64,000 nucleotides of DNA from Eledone cirrhosa (taxonomy: Eukaryota). Under the pieces are notes generated by a model that did no database searches, was not told the origin of the DNA, and saw only the letters and a program-made list of their open reading frames with translations. The translations under genes were made by a program, and so were the position numbers. Shown one piece after another: positions 12,628 to 26,110 of this stretch. The stretch's first letter is position 1. The number at the start of each line of letters is the position of its first letter. The DNA lies in NCBI GenBank assembly GCA_964016885.1, contig OZ024741.1, positions 136,958,001-137,022,000 of the forward strand, read 5' to 3'.

Positions 12628-15600
12628 CATCATCATCATCGTTTAACGTCTATCTTCCACGCTAGCATAGGTTTAGACGGGAATTGTCCCACTTGAGGCA
12701 AGACTGGTCGAGTGACCATGTCTCGCTCGTATAGGACTATCTGGCAGGTTTTCTACGGCTGGATGCACTTCCTAACACCAACCACATTTACAGTGTGGAC
12801 TGGGAGGTTTTTACCGTGTTACCTACACGGCCTCATTACAGCGTGGACTGTGTTTTTTTGTCGTGACACCTGCACCACCTCATTTATTTTGGACCGGATG
12901 TCGTGGTACCAACATAGCTTTACAGAGAAAGGGTGGTGTTGGTGGGAGAGGGAGGGTGGAGTAGGGGTAGTGAGATGGGTGTATATTTGCTTAAGAGGTG
13001 CCTACTGACTGTAGGTTTCGCTATGTACTTAGGCAAGGCGGGTCTTCTGTATTACTGCGTACCGCCAAAGATCTCGGTCCAGTGACATTGTCTTAGAGAG
13101 GTGTAAGTGTGTAAGGTCGGAATTTATCAAATCGTCCCAGTTTTTTCTGGGTTTACCTACTCCATAACTTCTATCAATTTTGATCGCCCTGCACTTTTTT
13201 TAGACAACTGTCATCTTTCATGCACATCACGTGACCATACCAGCGTAGTCATCTCACGAGTAAACAGCATCTGATCCCTCTTATACCTAATTTCGCACTT
13301 AGTTCATTTATGCTTTGCCGTTCACGTATATTACTATTACACATCCAACGGAGCATGCATGCTTCGTTCCTCTACAGACTGCGCAGATCCTCTGCACACA
13401 ATGCCCAGGTCTCACTGCCATGTAACATTGCTGTTCGTATGCAGGCATCATACAGCCTGCCTTTCATTTTTAGAGAGAAACCTTTAGTGGCCAATAGTGG
13501 TATAAGCTCTCTGAACTTTTTCCATCCTGTTCTGACTCTGGCCACTGTACTTTCTGAACACCCTCCACCACTGCTGATTTTGTCACCCAGGTAATGGATG
13601 GTGTCCACTATTTCTATAGAACCATCTGGGCAATAGGAGCTAGTATCCTGTGGGCACTTGCTACTTATTGCACCTGAGCATCAGCTACATATAAAATCTA
13701 CATTCTTAAGATAGCTTACCTGTGATCCCACTACATCTTTTATGTACCCATAGTTTGCATTTGGGACATAAAATTGAATTTCTGCCTACTCCTTTCCTAC
13801 ACACTGAGCATGGCCTTTTCCCAGAGGGTACCTGTGCCCTATTTTCCTTTCTACATACTAGAACTTTAGTCTTAGACAAGTTAACTTTAAGGCCTTTTGA
13901 TTATAGGCCATGCTTCCATGTTTGGAATTTCTTCTCTAGTTCAGCCAACGATTCAGCTATGAGAGTTAGATCATCTGCATATAGAAGTTCCCATGGGCAG
14001 CCAGACTTGAACTCCTCTGTTATAGCCTGAAGGGCAATAATAAATAGGAGGGGCTAAGGACAGAGGCTTGATGGACACCAACTTTTACGCTAAATTCTTC
14101 ACTATATTCGTTGTTAATTCTAACCTTGCTGACTGTTTCTTTATACATGGCTTTTATAGCTCTCACAAGCCATTCATCAACACCTAGTTTTCTAAGAGCC
14201 CACCAGATAATGGAGCGGGGGTACTCTGTCAAAGGCTTTCTCCAAGTCAACAAAAGCTAAGTATAGAGAGGGGTTTACTTTTAGCTAGGTACTTCTCCTG
14301 TAGTTGTCGTACAAGGAAAAGAGCATCTGTGGTACTTTTACCTCACACAAACCTAAACTGCATTTCATCTAGATCAATTCACTCTCTGATTAGTTGCGCT
14401 ATAACTGTTTCTGTGACCTTCATGACCTGGTCAACTAATTTAATGCCCCTATAGTTTTTGGTCCTCACGTTGTAGAACATGCTTGAACTTTCTTTCCTCT
14501 GCTTCCCTTCTTGCAAAGTACACTTGTCTCCTAGCTTCTCTCTTGGCCACTTGATAGTGTTCTCTACTTCCCCCATCCCGCCATACTTTCCAAGCCTGCT
14601 TTTTGGCCTTGATTGACACCTCCAACTTACTGTTCCACCACCAAGTTACTCTCCTCCTGCCTATAGGCCTGCTCCAGTCACAGATTTCGTCTGTTGCCTT
14701 CAGCAGGTTAACTTTCAGGAATTCCCACTGTTCCTCTATATTGTACGTCTCTAATTGCTCTTCCTTACTGTCAAAAGCGTCAAGTAATATCCTTTTAAAT
14801 TTGTTATGAGCTGTGGGGTCCTTTAACTTCCATATTCTTCTCTTCAGAGTAGTCCTCCTGTTGTCGAGTACGTCTTGTCCTGACTATGAGGTCGCTAACT
14901 ATGAGGCTATATTGGGAGGTGCATTCTTCACGGGGGAGGGATTTAGTGTTTACGACAGACACTGTCACATCTTCTGGTAAGGATATAATCTATTTGACTG
15001 GCGTGTTCCTCTGATCTATAGGTGATCAAGTGATTGTCTCATTTTTTGAAGTTAGTGTTACAGACAGTTAGGTTATTAGTGTCACAGAATTCCAGGATTC
15101 TGAAGCCTTCCTCATTTCTAGTACCAAACCCATAGCCTCCATGGATTCCGTCATAGCCGTCACAATATTGTCCAACATGATCATTTAGGTCGCCAGCAAT
15201 AATTATGTAGTCACTGTCAGTTATTTGGGAGGTAGTGAGCATTAGCGACTCATAGAATCTGTCTTTTATAACGCCAGGTAGTCCAGATTGGGGTGCATAA
15301 GTAGATATTATTTATTGTCACAGTAGTTCTGTTTAGGACTAGTCTTATTTTAATTATTCTGTCCTTCACTCTATTTACGGCAATTACCTTATCTACCCAT
15401 TTTTCTGCTAACATAATTCCTACTCCACCCAGCCCATTGTCATTTCACACCCAGAAAAGTTTATAGCATCGTTTTTTACCCACAATGAATCTAGCAGACC
15501 CACCCCTCCACCTAGTCTCTTGAACACAACAAACATCAACTTCCTTACATTCAAGCATCTCTACAACCTCATTTAAGTGACCTTTTAAGGTGCCTACATT

Positions 15601-15800
15601 TATGGTACCAACTCTGAAGTTTTGGATTTCGTTGAGTGGGTGGAAGGGATGGGTTCGAGGCGCAGGGAGGGTTGAAGGAGATGGGGGTTATGTTAGCCAT
15701 CCGTGTCTGAAATAAAGAGTCTTTACATTCTCGTCCAACAACAGGGGGTGAATTTATCTTTATCTTTGACCTTGTCATTGAGTGTTCAGATTCTTCAGAT
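12627..15800 (-). mobile_element. Degenerate RTE LINE, same family, opposite orientation, internal deletion
   Basis: Minus-strand fragments IIAGDLNDHVG, IIWWALRKLGVDEWLV and RVRTGWKKFREL are homologous to the + copy. (TGA)n tail at ~12627-12640; deletion near 14460. Confidence 0.93.
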
Positions 15801-16329
15801 TCTCAAAATTCTGTAGTCCATTTAGCATATCGAAAAGCAACCAGGTCTAAACTTAAGGAGTAACGGCCGAGGTGGTGGTTTTGTGAAAGAAATTGGTAAG
15901 GGAAACATATTATAAGCCGCTGAATTATGATTGGACCAAATAGTAATGGTGGCATGTGGGGGAGGGAGGAGGGAAATGTGGAAAGTTAACGAGAAGATTA
16001 TTTTTCTAAAGGTCCTACAGATTCGACCATAATTATGAGAAGTTAAACGAGAAGTTTAATATAAATACTGATAGGTAAATAGACCAAGAAACATGGAGAG
16101 ACAAGAAAATGAAGTGAAATACATTACATTTCTCAAAACGACAATTCGGCAACAGTAAAGATTCGACAAATTCTGAATTCATAACTCACAACAGGTTTAT
16201 TTTATATTTGCAGAGAGAGGGAGGGTGAGAGAACATGTAAGCATATAAACAATGTATGAAGGAAGATGAGAGGTAGAAAGGAAGGTTCCAGAAGGAAGTT
16301 AACGAGACAACAGTAATACAGACGGCTTA

Positions 16330-16440
16330 TCGTCTGTTTATCCAAGCGAAGCTAGGTACGTCAGCTATATATATATATATATATAGATCCCGTAGAACAC
16401 GCCAATGGTAGCCGGGCGCCAGCCGGTCGGGCCAGCTAGT
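16330..16440 (+). mobile_element. Helitron-like 3' termini
   Basis: GC-rich hairpin CCGGGCGCCAGCCGG followed by CTAGT. A second similar end (GCGAAGCTAGGTACGTCAGCTA) lies just upstream. Confidence 0.45.
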
Positions 16441-17489
16441 AACAGATAGATTGTTATGAAAATTTATAGTATTAGAGTAAAGACTTAAATTTTTTATGTG
16501 ATGTACTGTATATACTCGAATACAAGCCGATACCCCTATTTTATGTCTGAAAAATAGGCAAAAGTGCAATTCTCATTTATAAACTGAGGTAGCTAATCAA
16601 CAAATTGTTTAGATGGCGTATATAAGTCAACCTTTTTTTTGGTCACATTTTCATATTCCTTGGCTTATATTCAAGTATATATGGTAGTTATTTTTCATGG
16701 TCGAATAGTCTGCAACTAAACTGGTTCCCGACCAGGCTCCAATCTGGTGAGGAGGGTAAGTGGAACCCCAACAGCACAAAAAATGAGCTGTTGAAAGGGC
16801 AGATGAACTCAGAGTTAATAGCCATTCACCCTCATTATGAGTTAAATAGCCTCACCAACCTGCAATTGGCAAGGGTGGTGAGTATGGCTACACCTCTGAT
16901 ATGACCAAAACCAAATAGAAAGCGGTGGAGGTCAACCAGAGAGAAGGCCCTGGATTAAATTGAATTGAATTGTAGTTATAGCAGTTTTGTACTTTGCAAG
17001 AATATCATGCTAATGTGGTTTCATATGGTGCAGGACATTAAGAGTTAAATATTAGAATATCTATAAATGGGTTTGTTAATTCAAATGTTTATAATATTTT
17101 TATTAGTGGACAAACCATTGTGAAAATTTGCAGTATTAGAATAAAGACTTTAATTCTAATGCATTGCAATCATAGTGTTGTTTTGAATTTTTCAAACATG
17201 TCTTACAAATGCGGCTTCATGTGGTACATAACATTAACCCTTTAGCATTTAAACTGGCTGTATCTGGCCAAAATTCTCTTACCTCTTTCTGTTCAAACCG
17301 GCCTTAACTGGCCGCTCTTACTGACATTAAGGTATTGTTCTCAAAATAAATAATATCAAAATCTTATAGATTCAATACTATGTTAGATAATTATGTGAGG
17401 TAAAGCCTTTACCACAAAAATATAATAGTAAATATAGAGTAATGTAAATGCTGAAGTGTTAAGAATTAAAAAATAAATAAAATACTTAC

Positions 17490-17553
17490 CACAGGAAGAC
17501 CTGCTATATCTAGCCACTGTGTACATATCTGTGTCACACTCAAACCTTCTTCG
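17490..17553 (-). CDS. AOPEP: AOPEP-like coding exon 10
   Basis: tttctAG| EEGLSVTQICTQWLDIAGLPV |GTAAGT; phase 2 to 0; W-L-x-x-x-G-x-P motif of M1 peptidases. Confidence 0.88.
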
Positions 17554-18301
17554 CTAGAAACAATCCAGAAAACTATGAGTTTAGAATAGTGTTTCCAAAT
17601 GTGGTTTCTATGGAACAAGAGGACCTATAATATAATCCTGGGGTTCTTCAAAATAAGTTGTCTTAACATTTTCTTTATACCAGCCTGGTCAAACCCAGCT
17701 CTGGTTCTATGAATCAAAACCACCAATTCTAAAGGGTTCCAATTTAATAAAGGTTCTTACATAAAATTTTAATGGAAGGTTTTTAGATAAATATAAACAC
17801 TTAAAAAACAAACAGTTTTGTATCATAGAACCAGGAGTGGCTTCAAGCAGTCTGGTAACAAATGAATTAATCCAAAGGGGGTTTAGCCCTGTTGATGCTA
17901 GCCTAACCAAAACCAGCTTTGGTTCTATGAAACAAAACCACCCATTTTAAAGGGTTCCTATTTGAATTAATTGCTAAATTTTTCATTAATTAATTGAAAT
18001 AGAATGTACTTTATTAGAAATATGGCCGCCAAAATGTTGATAAAAATTAATAAAATTTTGATGTTATTTTCTTTATATGAATAGATTCTCTCTCTCTAAA
18101 GTAATTTTTGTTTCATTTAACCCTTTTGTTACCATATTAATAAAGAAAGACACTGCTTATAATTTTCAAATAATTTTTGAAATAATGAAGAATTTTCAAG
18201 GATTTACTTTCTCATTAAGCTAATGTTTGGAATCACTACACAGACTGGGGTCTAGTCAGTCCATCTCTCCCTTTCTTTTTTTTTTTTGTTTCATTTAAAT
18301 A

Positions 18302-18863
18302 CTGTATATGCCGGCATACAAGTCGATCCAGCGCATAGGTCGAGCCCTAAAATTCTGAGGTGAAATTTAGGTTTAGGTTTATATTCACCAGAAAAGCCGA
18401 CCCCACAAAAAATAAGGCACTACCATCTCCCTAGCCCTAGATGCACTAGCCATTATTTATTTTCACAAAATATAAAATATGGAAATAAACACTAAATAGT
18501 TGTAAAATAAAAATGCATGTGAAGAAAATATAATTTGTAAAATTTTCTAACTCACTGAGTAACCAGCCTAGCCAAACCTTAATGAACCTATGGTAAACTA
18601 CTCTATGAGCTACGACAAGTCATTGATATTATTATAATTTCTATGTTAAATAGACTTAACAAATATGAGATTCAGTAGGAAGTAATTGTGGCAGGCTGCT
18701 ACTAGAGTTATGGTAAGTGGTGTACGAGTGTTAGGCAGGAAATTTCACTGTTTACCCCTCAGTGGTAAAGGTTCACATTATATATTCAGCAGACGATTCG
18801 ATCCCTGGTTTGGGAGAGATATTTTTAGGCTCCAAATGTCGACTTGTACACCGGTGTATACGG
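18302..18863. mobile_element. pogo/Tc1-type MITE
   Basis: TA|CTGTATATGCCGGCATACAAGTCGA ... TCGACTTGTACACCGGTGTATACGG|TA; shorter relative at 16506-16684. Confidence 0.75.
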
Positions 18864-19658
18864 TATATTTGAAATTTCCCTGCAAATGTTTAACTATGGA
18901 CAGGTGCTCAGAGAATACAATCTCTTCTTAAAGGATTTAATTAATTATGAGCAAGACACTTTATTTCACATTGCTCCAGTTTACTCAGCTGTATAAATGG
19001 GATGATAGGACTGGGGTCCCTATCATTCCACTGCAAAGAGGTCATGGGAGGTGCCACAGCAAAAAAGCACCCAGCCCACACTGTAAATTGGACATGTAGG
19101 CGCCACGGTAAAAAAGCACCCAGCACTCACTGTAAATGAAGTTGGTGTTAGGAAGGGCATCCAGCTGTAGAAATCAAGCCAGAATCAGTTCCCGTCCCAC
19201 CCTTGCAAGCAGGGAAAAGTGGACGTAAAATGATAATGATGAGAGAAGGTTTTTAAATAAATATAAACACTTTAAAATGAACAGTTTGGGATTATAGAAC
19301 TAGGTGCAATTTGGTATCAAATGGGTTGATACAATCACATACTGATGATATCTCAGAGTTGTACATGTTTGACAAATAACTTGATCTGAAATAGTGTGTT
19401 GAAACTAAAACAATTACATTTGGAAGGTACAAACACACACAAAAAAAATAACCTGTTATATCAATTTTGCATTTATTTTGTGGTATCCAAATTATCATCA
19501 CACCTTAGCAACTATGTCACTGATACAATACTGCCAACAACTCAGCAGTGGAATTATGTTGCAGAGGAACAATACAGAGTAGAGAAGGCCGTTTTGTCTT
19601 ATTGTGGACACGAGTAACAAATTTTGATGTTTAATACTAGGTGGTTGTTTCTAATTAA

Positions 19659-19878
19659 CCCTTTAGCATTTACATTACTCTATATTTACTATTATATATT
19701 CTTGGTAAAAGCTTTACCTCATATAATTATCTCACATAAAATCGAATCTATGAGATTTGATGATATTTATTTTGAGAAAAATACCTTAAAATAAATATGA
19801 ACAGCCGGTTATGGCCAGTTTGAACAGAAAGAGGTGCGAGAATTCTGGCTGGATACAGCCAGTTTAAATGCTAAAGGG
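19659..19878. mobile_element. piggyBac-type MITE
   Basis: TTAA|CCCTTTAGCATTTA ... TAAATGCTAAAGGG|TTAA; an oppositely oriented copy lies at 17238-17458. Confidence 0.8.
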
Positions 19879-19962
19879 TTAAACTATGGAATAGCCAAGG
19901 GGCAGGGGCAGCTAGTTGAGTTTAAAAAAACAATGGACAGTACTAAATTATTAAACACATAC

Positions 19963-20003
19963 CTTAAATTTGGAAAGACATTGAATAATAATTTGAGGAA
20001 ATC
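19963..20003 (-). CDS. AOPEP: AOPEP-like coding exon 9 (41 nt)
   Basis: ttgttttAG| DFLKLLFNVFPNL AG|GTATGT; phase 0 to 2. Confidence 0.85.
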
Positions 20004-20477
20004 CTAAAACAAGAAAAAGTAAAAGTATTAAATACTAAAATATCTAAGATAAAATATTACATTCTGTAAAGTGGTTGATGTTAAGAAGGGTCTCTAACCC
20101 TAGAAACTATGCCTAACAAAGGGTTAATAAGACTGTTTAATTGCGTCAAGGATGACAACCACCCAAGTTTTGGTGGCATGATAAAGTGTACCCAGTATGA
20201 TCTGCAGAGTGGTTGGTGTCAGGAAGGACTACGCCCAAACCAGAACTACCACTTTACAAAACATATGAGGTGAATGTTATTGTGACACCAACTCTAGTAA
20301 AGCTGTTATCTAACCATGACTGAAGAATGCTCATTACTCTATATTGTCTCCATTGTCTACAGACATATGTGTAGAATTAAATTTTGTTTCAGGAAATATT
20401 CTAAAAGACAAGCTTACACTTCTTAATGTCAACTACCTTACAGGGTGTACCGAGTGCATTTTATCATGACATCAAGC

Positions 20478-20812
20478 ACTACCACTTTACAGACTGTACT
20501 GGATACATTTTAACATGGCACCAACACTACTACTTTACAGACTGTACTGGATACATTTTAACATGGCACCAACACTACTACTTTACAGACTGTACTGGAT
20601 ACATTTTAACATGGCACCAACACTACTACTTTACAGACTGTACTGGATACATTTTAACATGGCACCAACACTACCATTTTACCGAGTGAACTGGATACAT
20701 TTTAACATGGCACCAACACTACCATTTTACCGAGTGAACTGGATACATTTGACCATGGCACCAACACTACCACTTTACAGAGTGAACTGGATACATTTTA
20801 CCATGGCACCAG
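20478..20812 (+). repeat. 45-bp minisatellite (~7 units)
   Basis: Unit CACTACTACTTTACAGACTGTACTGGATACATTTTAACATGGCACCAA-like. Confidence 0.9.
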
Positions 20813-21194
20813 CACTAGTGAGGATGCAATATGGATGACCACACAGAAGATTCATCTCTACCCCATATTATACAATATTATATTTGTGTGTATATGTCTG
20901 TGTATGTGCACACACACAGGGGAAAAATAAACGGAAAACAACAAAGCAAACAATACAGTACAATGAAGATATATATGAGTTTAACACTTGATATACTAGG
21001 AAAAGAGTCTTAACATTTCAAATGCTAGTCCTTCATTAGTAGATGGAAAGAGAAATAAAAGAAATAGATATATAGAGAGTGAGAAGAAGAAACGGAAAAA
21101 TTGGGGGTTGGATAAGAAGCATGCGTGTGTTCAGTCATGCTTTTTATCCCCACCCCCATTTTTCTTTTTTATTTCTTGCTATATATATATATAT

Positions 21195-21768
21195 GAGGAA
21201 TCAAATGCTGTGTGCAGGAGAAGAGGTTGCGTTGGTATGGACATGTGATGCATATGAAGGATGACAGCTGCATAAAAAGGTGCAGAGCACTAAAAGTCGA
21301 TGGAAGCCTTGCAGTGGGGAGACCCAAGAAGACCTGGGATGCGGTGATAAAAGCTGACCTTGCCCAATTACACCTCTCAAAGGTGATAACACAGGATCGA
21401 GACCTCTGGCATTACGTAGTAATACAGAAGACCCAACTTCCCACGGCTACAAGCCGAAGCTGAAGCAAATAGACAGTATGCCCCCATCCCCTTCCCACTG
21501 TAACGTGGTCATGGAGGTGTCACGACAAAAATCACCCAATCCACACTTTAAAGTGGTCGTGGAGGCACCATGGTAAAAAAGCACCCAGTACTCACTGTAA
21601 ATGAGTTTGGTGTTGGAAAGGGCATCCAGTTGCAGAAATCAAGCCCAAATCAGTTCTGTATGAGCAAGACATGGTCACCTGACCTGACATTGTCCACAAC
21701 AGGACAACTCGTCTAAACCATGCTAGCATGGAGGAATGGACGTAAAACAGTGATGATGAAGATGATGA
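21195..21768 (+). mobile_element. 5'-truncated RTE LINE 3' end
   Basis: QEKRLRWYGHVMHMKDDSCIKRCRAL plus a 3'UTR closely similar to 6290-6855. Confidence 0.9.
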
Positions 21769-22753
21769 TATATATATATATATATAAGCTACTCACTCAT
21801 ACTTCTTCTGCTGTCACACATGCGCGCATTCATTCACCTCCCAGGTTCCTATGGTTCTGTTATGGTCAAAAACACTCTTACAGCTTATACAGACCAACAA
21901 ACGCACACACACCTCTACACTTACCTTCACAGCTCTGTACAGACCAACAACACACACACTCACTCTCTTAAACTTACATATACACACACATATCCTCTTA
22001 GCCACATATGGATGAATAACAAACACAGACACACACACATGCTCTATATACAAAATGATTTTTTTCCGACCAGCAACAACAATTTTCCAAGAGATGGTGA
22101 CGTCAATAGACCAGTTTTTTCTCAAAGAAATTTTCTGTTTATTTCTGCCACTGCACAGTCTCCTCTATCTTTCTATTTCTTCTTGAATTTCTCATTATCT
22201 TTTCTGATGAAGGACTAACATTCGAAACATTAAGACTCTTTTCTTATTATATTAAGCATAAAACTACTAATATATTTCTTCATTGTAGTGTTATTTCTGT
22301 TTGCCTTTTGCGTGTGAGTAAATTCTCTCTTGATCATTAACATCTCTTACAACTAATACAGACTAACTATATATGCTCACTCGACTTTTCCCTTCACTGC
22401 TCTGTATACATAACACCCTTATATTAACATACTTTTGCTCATAGCTTCATACATGCACACACACTCTTTTACTCACATATACACACACACACAGACGTAT
22501 AAAACACACACACACACACACACACATGCTTATGCACAAGTATAGCTCTTTTTACAAAACGGTGTTTTTTCCATTCATTTCAGGTAGACGTGCTCCATCA
22601 TCCACTTTTCTAAAAAATAAATCATACACAAAATGCCAGCACCAACAGTTTTGCAAGAGATGTCAACATGAATGGACCTGTTATTTTTATCTAAAGACAT
22701 TTTTTCCAATTCTATCTCACCCGTCCCCTCAATCTATTTTATTTCTCATTCTT

Positions 22754-22789
22754 TCTTCTGATGAAGGACTAGCATCCGAAACGTTAAGA
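22754..22789 (+). ncRNA. Minimal hammerhead-like motif, second family
   Basis: UCUU-CUGAUGA-A-GGA CUAGCA UCC-GAAAC GUU-AAGA. Sister copy at 22200-22235; degenerate minus-strand copy at 21008-21043. Confidence 0.55.
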
Positions 22790-22972
22790 CCCTCTTCCTG
22801 CTATATCAAGCGTCAACCTAATATATCCCTTCCATATACTGTACCGATTGTGTTGTTATTTCTGTTTACCTTTTACACACATGAGAGAGAGAGAGAGAGA
22901 GAGAAAGAGAATCTCGTACACATACAAACACCAATACTGAATCAATTACAAACTTTCACATTAATTCTTTAC

Positions 22973-23080
22973 CTGAGAAGATACTAGTTGGCCATGGTAT
23001 TTAGTGACATATTCTTTAAGAAACTCCTGAAACGGTTCCATTCCAACAATCTGGGCAAGGTACCGGAGAAGGAAATAACC
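22973..23080 (-). CDS. AOPEP: AOPEP-like coding exon 8
   Basis: GYFLLRYLAQIVGMEPFQEFLKEYVTKYHGQLVSSQ; 108 nt; AG acceptor and GTAAAG donor. Confidence 0.92.
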
Positions 23081-23977
23081 CTAAAAGAATTTAAAAGGAA
23101 GTAAATCACAATATATCACAGAAAACAAAATGAATGGAAATGTATGTTTTTTAAAAAGTGGTTGATAAATGAACAGAGACAACAAAGGATTCATCAATCT
23201 TGCCAAGTACATGACAACCTCTATAGAGCAGGTGCCACGATAAAATGCACACAGTAGCCTTTGTAAAGTTGTTGATGATTAGATACAATGTAGTGTAGAA
23301 GACTCGCCAGTCTAGCCAAGCACACGACCTCTCTAGTAAAAAACTTTTTTATTTATTATTTATTTATTCAATTTAAACATCTGTGTAGAGCTGGTAAGAC
23401 ACGACAGACAGAGAAATATATTTAATACCCCTTATAATTAAGAAGAGAAAATGGCAAAAGAAACAGAAATAGTGGAAAAGGTGGAAAAACAAGGACAGTA
23501 ATAAAGCAGTTAAATGTTTCTGATGTTGAATATTTTCATAGCCTCCATGTATTGAAGATCTAGTTTAAGGGAGAGAACTCTATCATTCAGCTACCGTAAA
23601 ATAATCTGCTGAAATATCCGAAGCATAATGAAAATATTTAACTTTTTCGTTACCATATTTCCAATGAAATAACCTGCTTATGGTATTCAAATCATTTTAA
23701 GAATTTGGAGGGATTTAGTGATATAACTAACTTTTTTATTATTAAGCTGATGTTTGGAACATAACTTAAGAAAGGTTCTTAGAAAAAAATTATGATGGAA
23801 GACTTTTAGAAAATACTAGAGCACCCGTGACCTGTTGCGTCACATTCACTTCAAAATATTTTTTTTAAATCATATTCATTTAAAAATAATTTTTAATAAA
23901 AATATACACAGACATGTATATAATGTGAAATGAAACTGGAAGGCTCATATATACACGTGCATGTATATATATATAAA

Positions 23978-24008
<31 letters not shown>

Positions 24009-24597
24009 GTGTCCACACTGTAAATGTGGTTGGTGTTAGGAAGGGCATCCAGCTGTAGAAAACCTGCCAGATAGACGAGTGAGACAGTCACCTGATCAAT
24101 CTTACCTCAAGTGGGACAATTCTCGTCTAACCCATGCTAGCGTGGAAGATACGTTAAACGATGATGAGGATAATGAAATGCCTGTGTGTATATATATATA
24201 TATGTGGGTGTCTGATCTATATGCACTGGTCATAGACACACACACATATCTATATACACAACACCACCACCAGCTCTCTTCCATTCTCCTTCTCCTCTCC
24301 CTCTCTTTCAATCTACTCTGTCACAACCACTATCTATTCTTCTCTATCTTTCTCTCTCTTTGTTTATGAAGTTACCCGGAAAAACCCCATATCTCAGGAA
24401 CCCGAGGTCTGATTTACGCGAAACTTGTTTTATTCCATTTGTATTATTACCATTTCAGGGGCAACTTCCTTTCAAAGTATTTTCCGATTATGCACCCTTT
24501 TGGGCAAGCAATCACAGACTTTTAGTAATATATAAATACATTTTTGCTGAAATGGCTTTTTCATAATTCTTCACATCAATGGATTAAAAATCTTGGA

Positions 24598-26110
24598 CAC
24601 ATCATCAGTGTTGTATCATGTTATCACAGGGTGTTTCAGGTCTTAGTACAAGACATCATCAGTGTTGTATCATGTTATCACAGGGTGTTTCAGGTCTTAG
24701 TACAAGACATCATCAGTGTTGTATCATGTTATCACAGGGTGTTTCAGGTCTTAGTACAAGACATCATCAGTGTTGTATCATGTTATCACAGGGTGTTTCA
24801 GGTCTTAGTACAAGATATCGTCAGTGTTGTATCATGTTATCACAGGGTGTTTCAGGTCTTACTACAGGATATTATCAGTGTTGTATCATGTTATCACAGG
24901 GTGTTTCAGGTCTTAGTACAAGACATCATCAGTGTTGTATCATGTTATCACAGGGTGTTTCAGGTCTTAGTACAAGACATCATCAGTGTTGTATCATGTT
25001 ATCACAGGGTGTTTCAGGTCTTAGTACAAGACATCATCAGTGTTGTATCATGTTATCACAGGGTGTTTCAGGTCTTAGTACAAGACATCATCAGTGTTGT
25101 ATCATGTTATCACAGGGTGTTTCAGGTCTTAGTACAAGACATCATCAGTGTTGTATCATGTTATCACAGGGTGTTTCAGGTCTTAGTACAAGACATCATC
25201 AGTGTTGTATCATGTTATCACAGGGTGTTTCAGGTCTTACTACAGGATATTATCAGTGTTGTATCATGTTATCACAGGGTGTTTCAGGTCTTAGTACAAG
25301 ACATCATCAGTGTTGTATCATGTTATCACAGGGTGTTTCAGGTCTTAGTACAAGATATCATCAGTGTTGTATCATGTTATCACAGTGTTTCAGGTCTTAC
25401 TACAGGATATTATCAGTGTTGTATCATGTTATCACAGGGTGTTTCAGGTCTTAGTACAAGATATCATCAGTGTTGTATCATGTTATCACAGGGTGTTTCA
25501 GGTCTTACTACAGGATATTATCAGTGTTGTATCATGTTATCACAGGGTGTTTCAGGTCTTAGTACAAGACATCATCAGTGTTGTATCATGTTATCACAGG
25601 GTGTTTCAGGTCTTAGTACAAGATATCATCAGTGTTGTATCATGTTATCACAGGGTGTTTCAGGTCTTACTACAGGATATTATCAGTGTTGTATCATGTT
25701 ATCACAGGGTGTTTCAGGTCTTAGTACAAGACATCATCAGTGTTGTATCATGTTATCACAGGGTGTTTCAGGTCTTAGTACAAGACATCATCAGTGTTGT
25801 ATCATGTTATCACAGGGTGTTTCAGGTCTTAGTACAAGATATCATCAGTGTTGTATCATGTTATCACAGGGTGTTTCAGGTCTTAGTACAAGATATCATC
25901 AGTGTTGTATCATGTTATCACAGGGTGTTTCAGGTCTTAGTACAAGATATCATCAGTGTTGTATCATGTTATCACAGGGTGTTTCAGGTCTTAGTACAAG
26001 ATATCATCAGTGTTGTATCATGTTATCACAGGGTGTTTCAGGTCTTACTACAGGATATTATCAGTGTTGTATCATGTTATCACTGGATGTTTCAGGTCTT
26101 ACTACAGGAT
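24598..26110 (+). repeat. 54-bp minisatellite (~28 units)
   Basis: Unit ATCATCAGTGTTGTATCATGTTATCACAGGGTGTTTCAGGTCTTAGTACAAGAC; degenerate units continue at 26303-26520 beyond a SINE. Confidence 0.97.
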
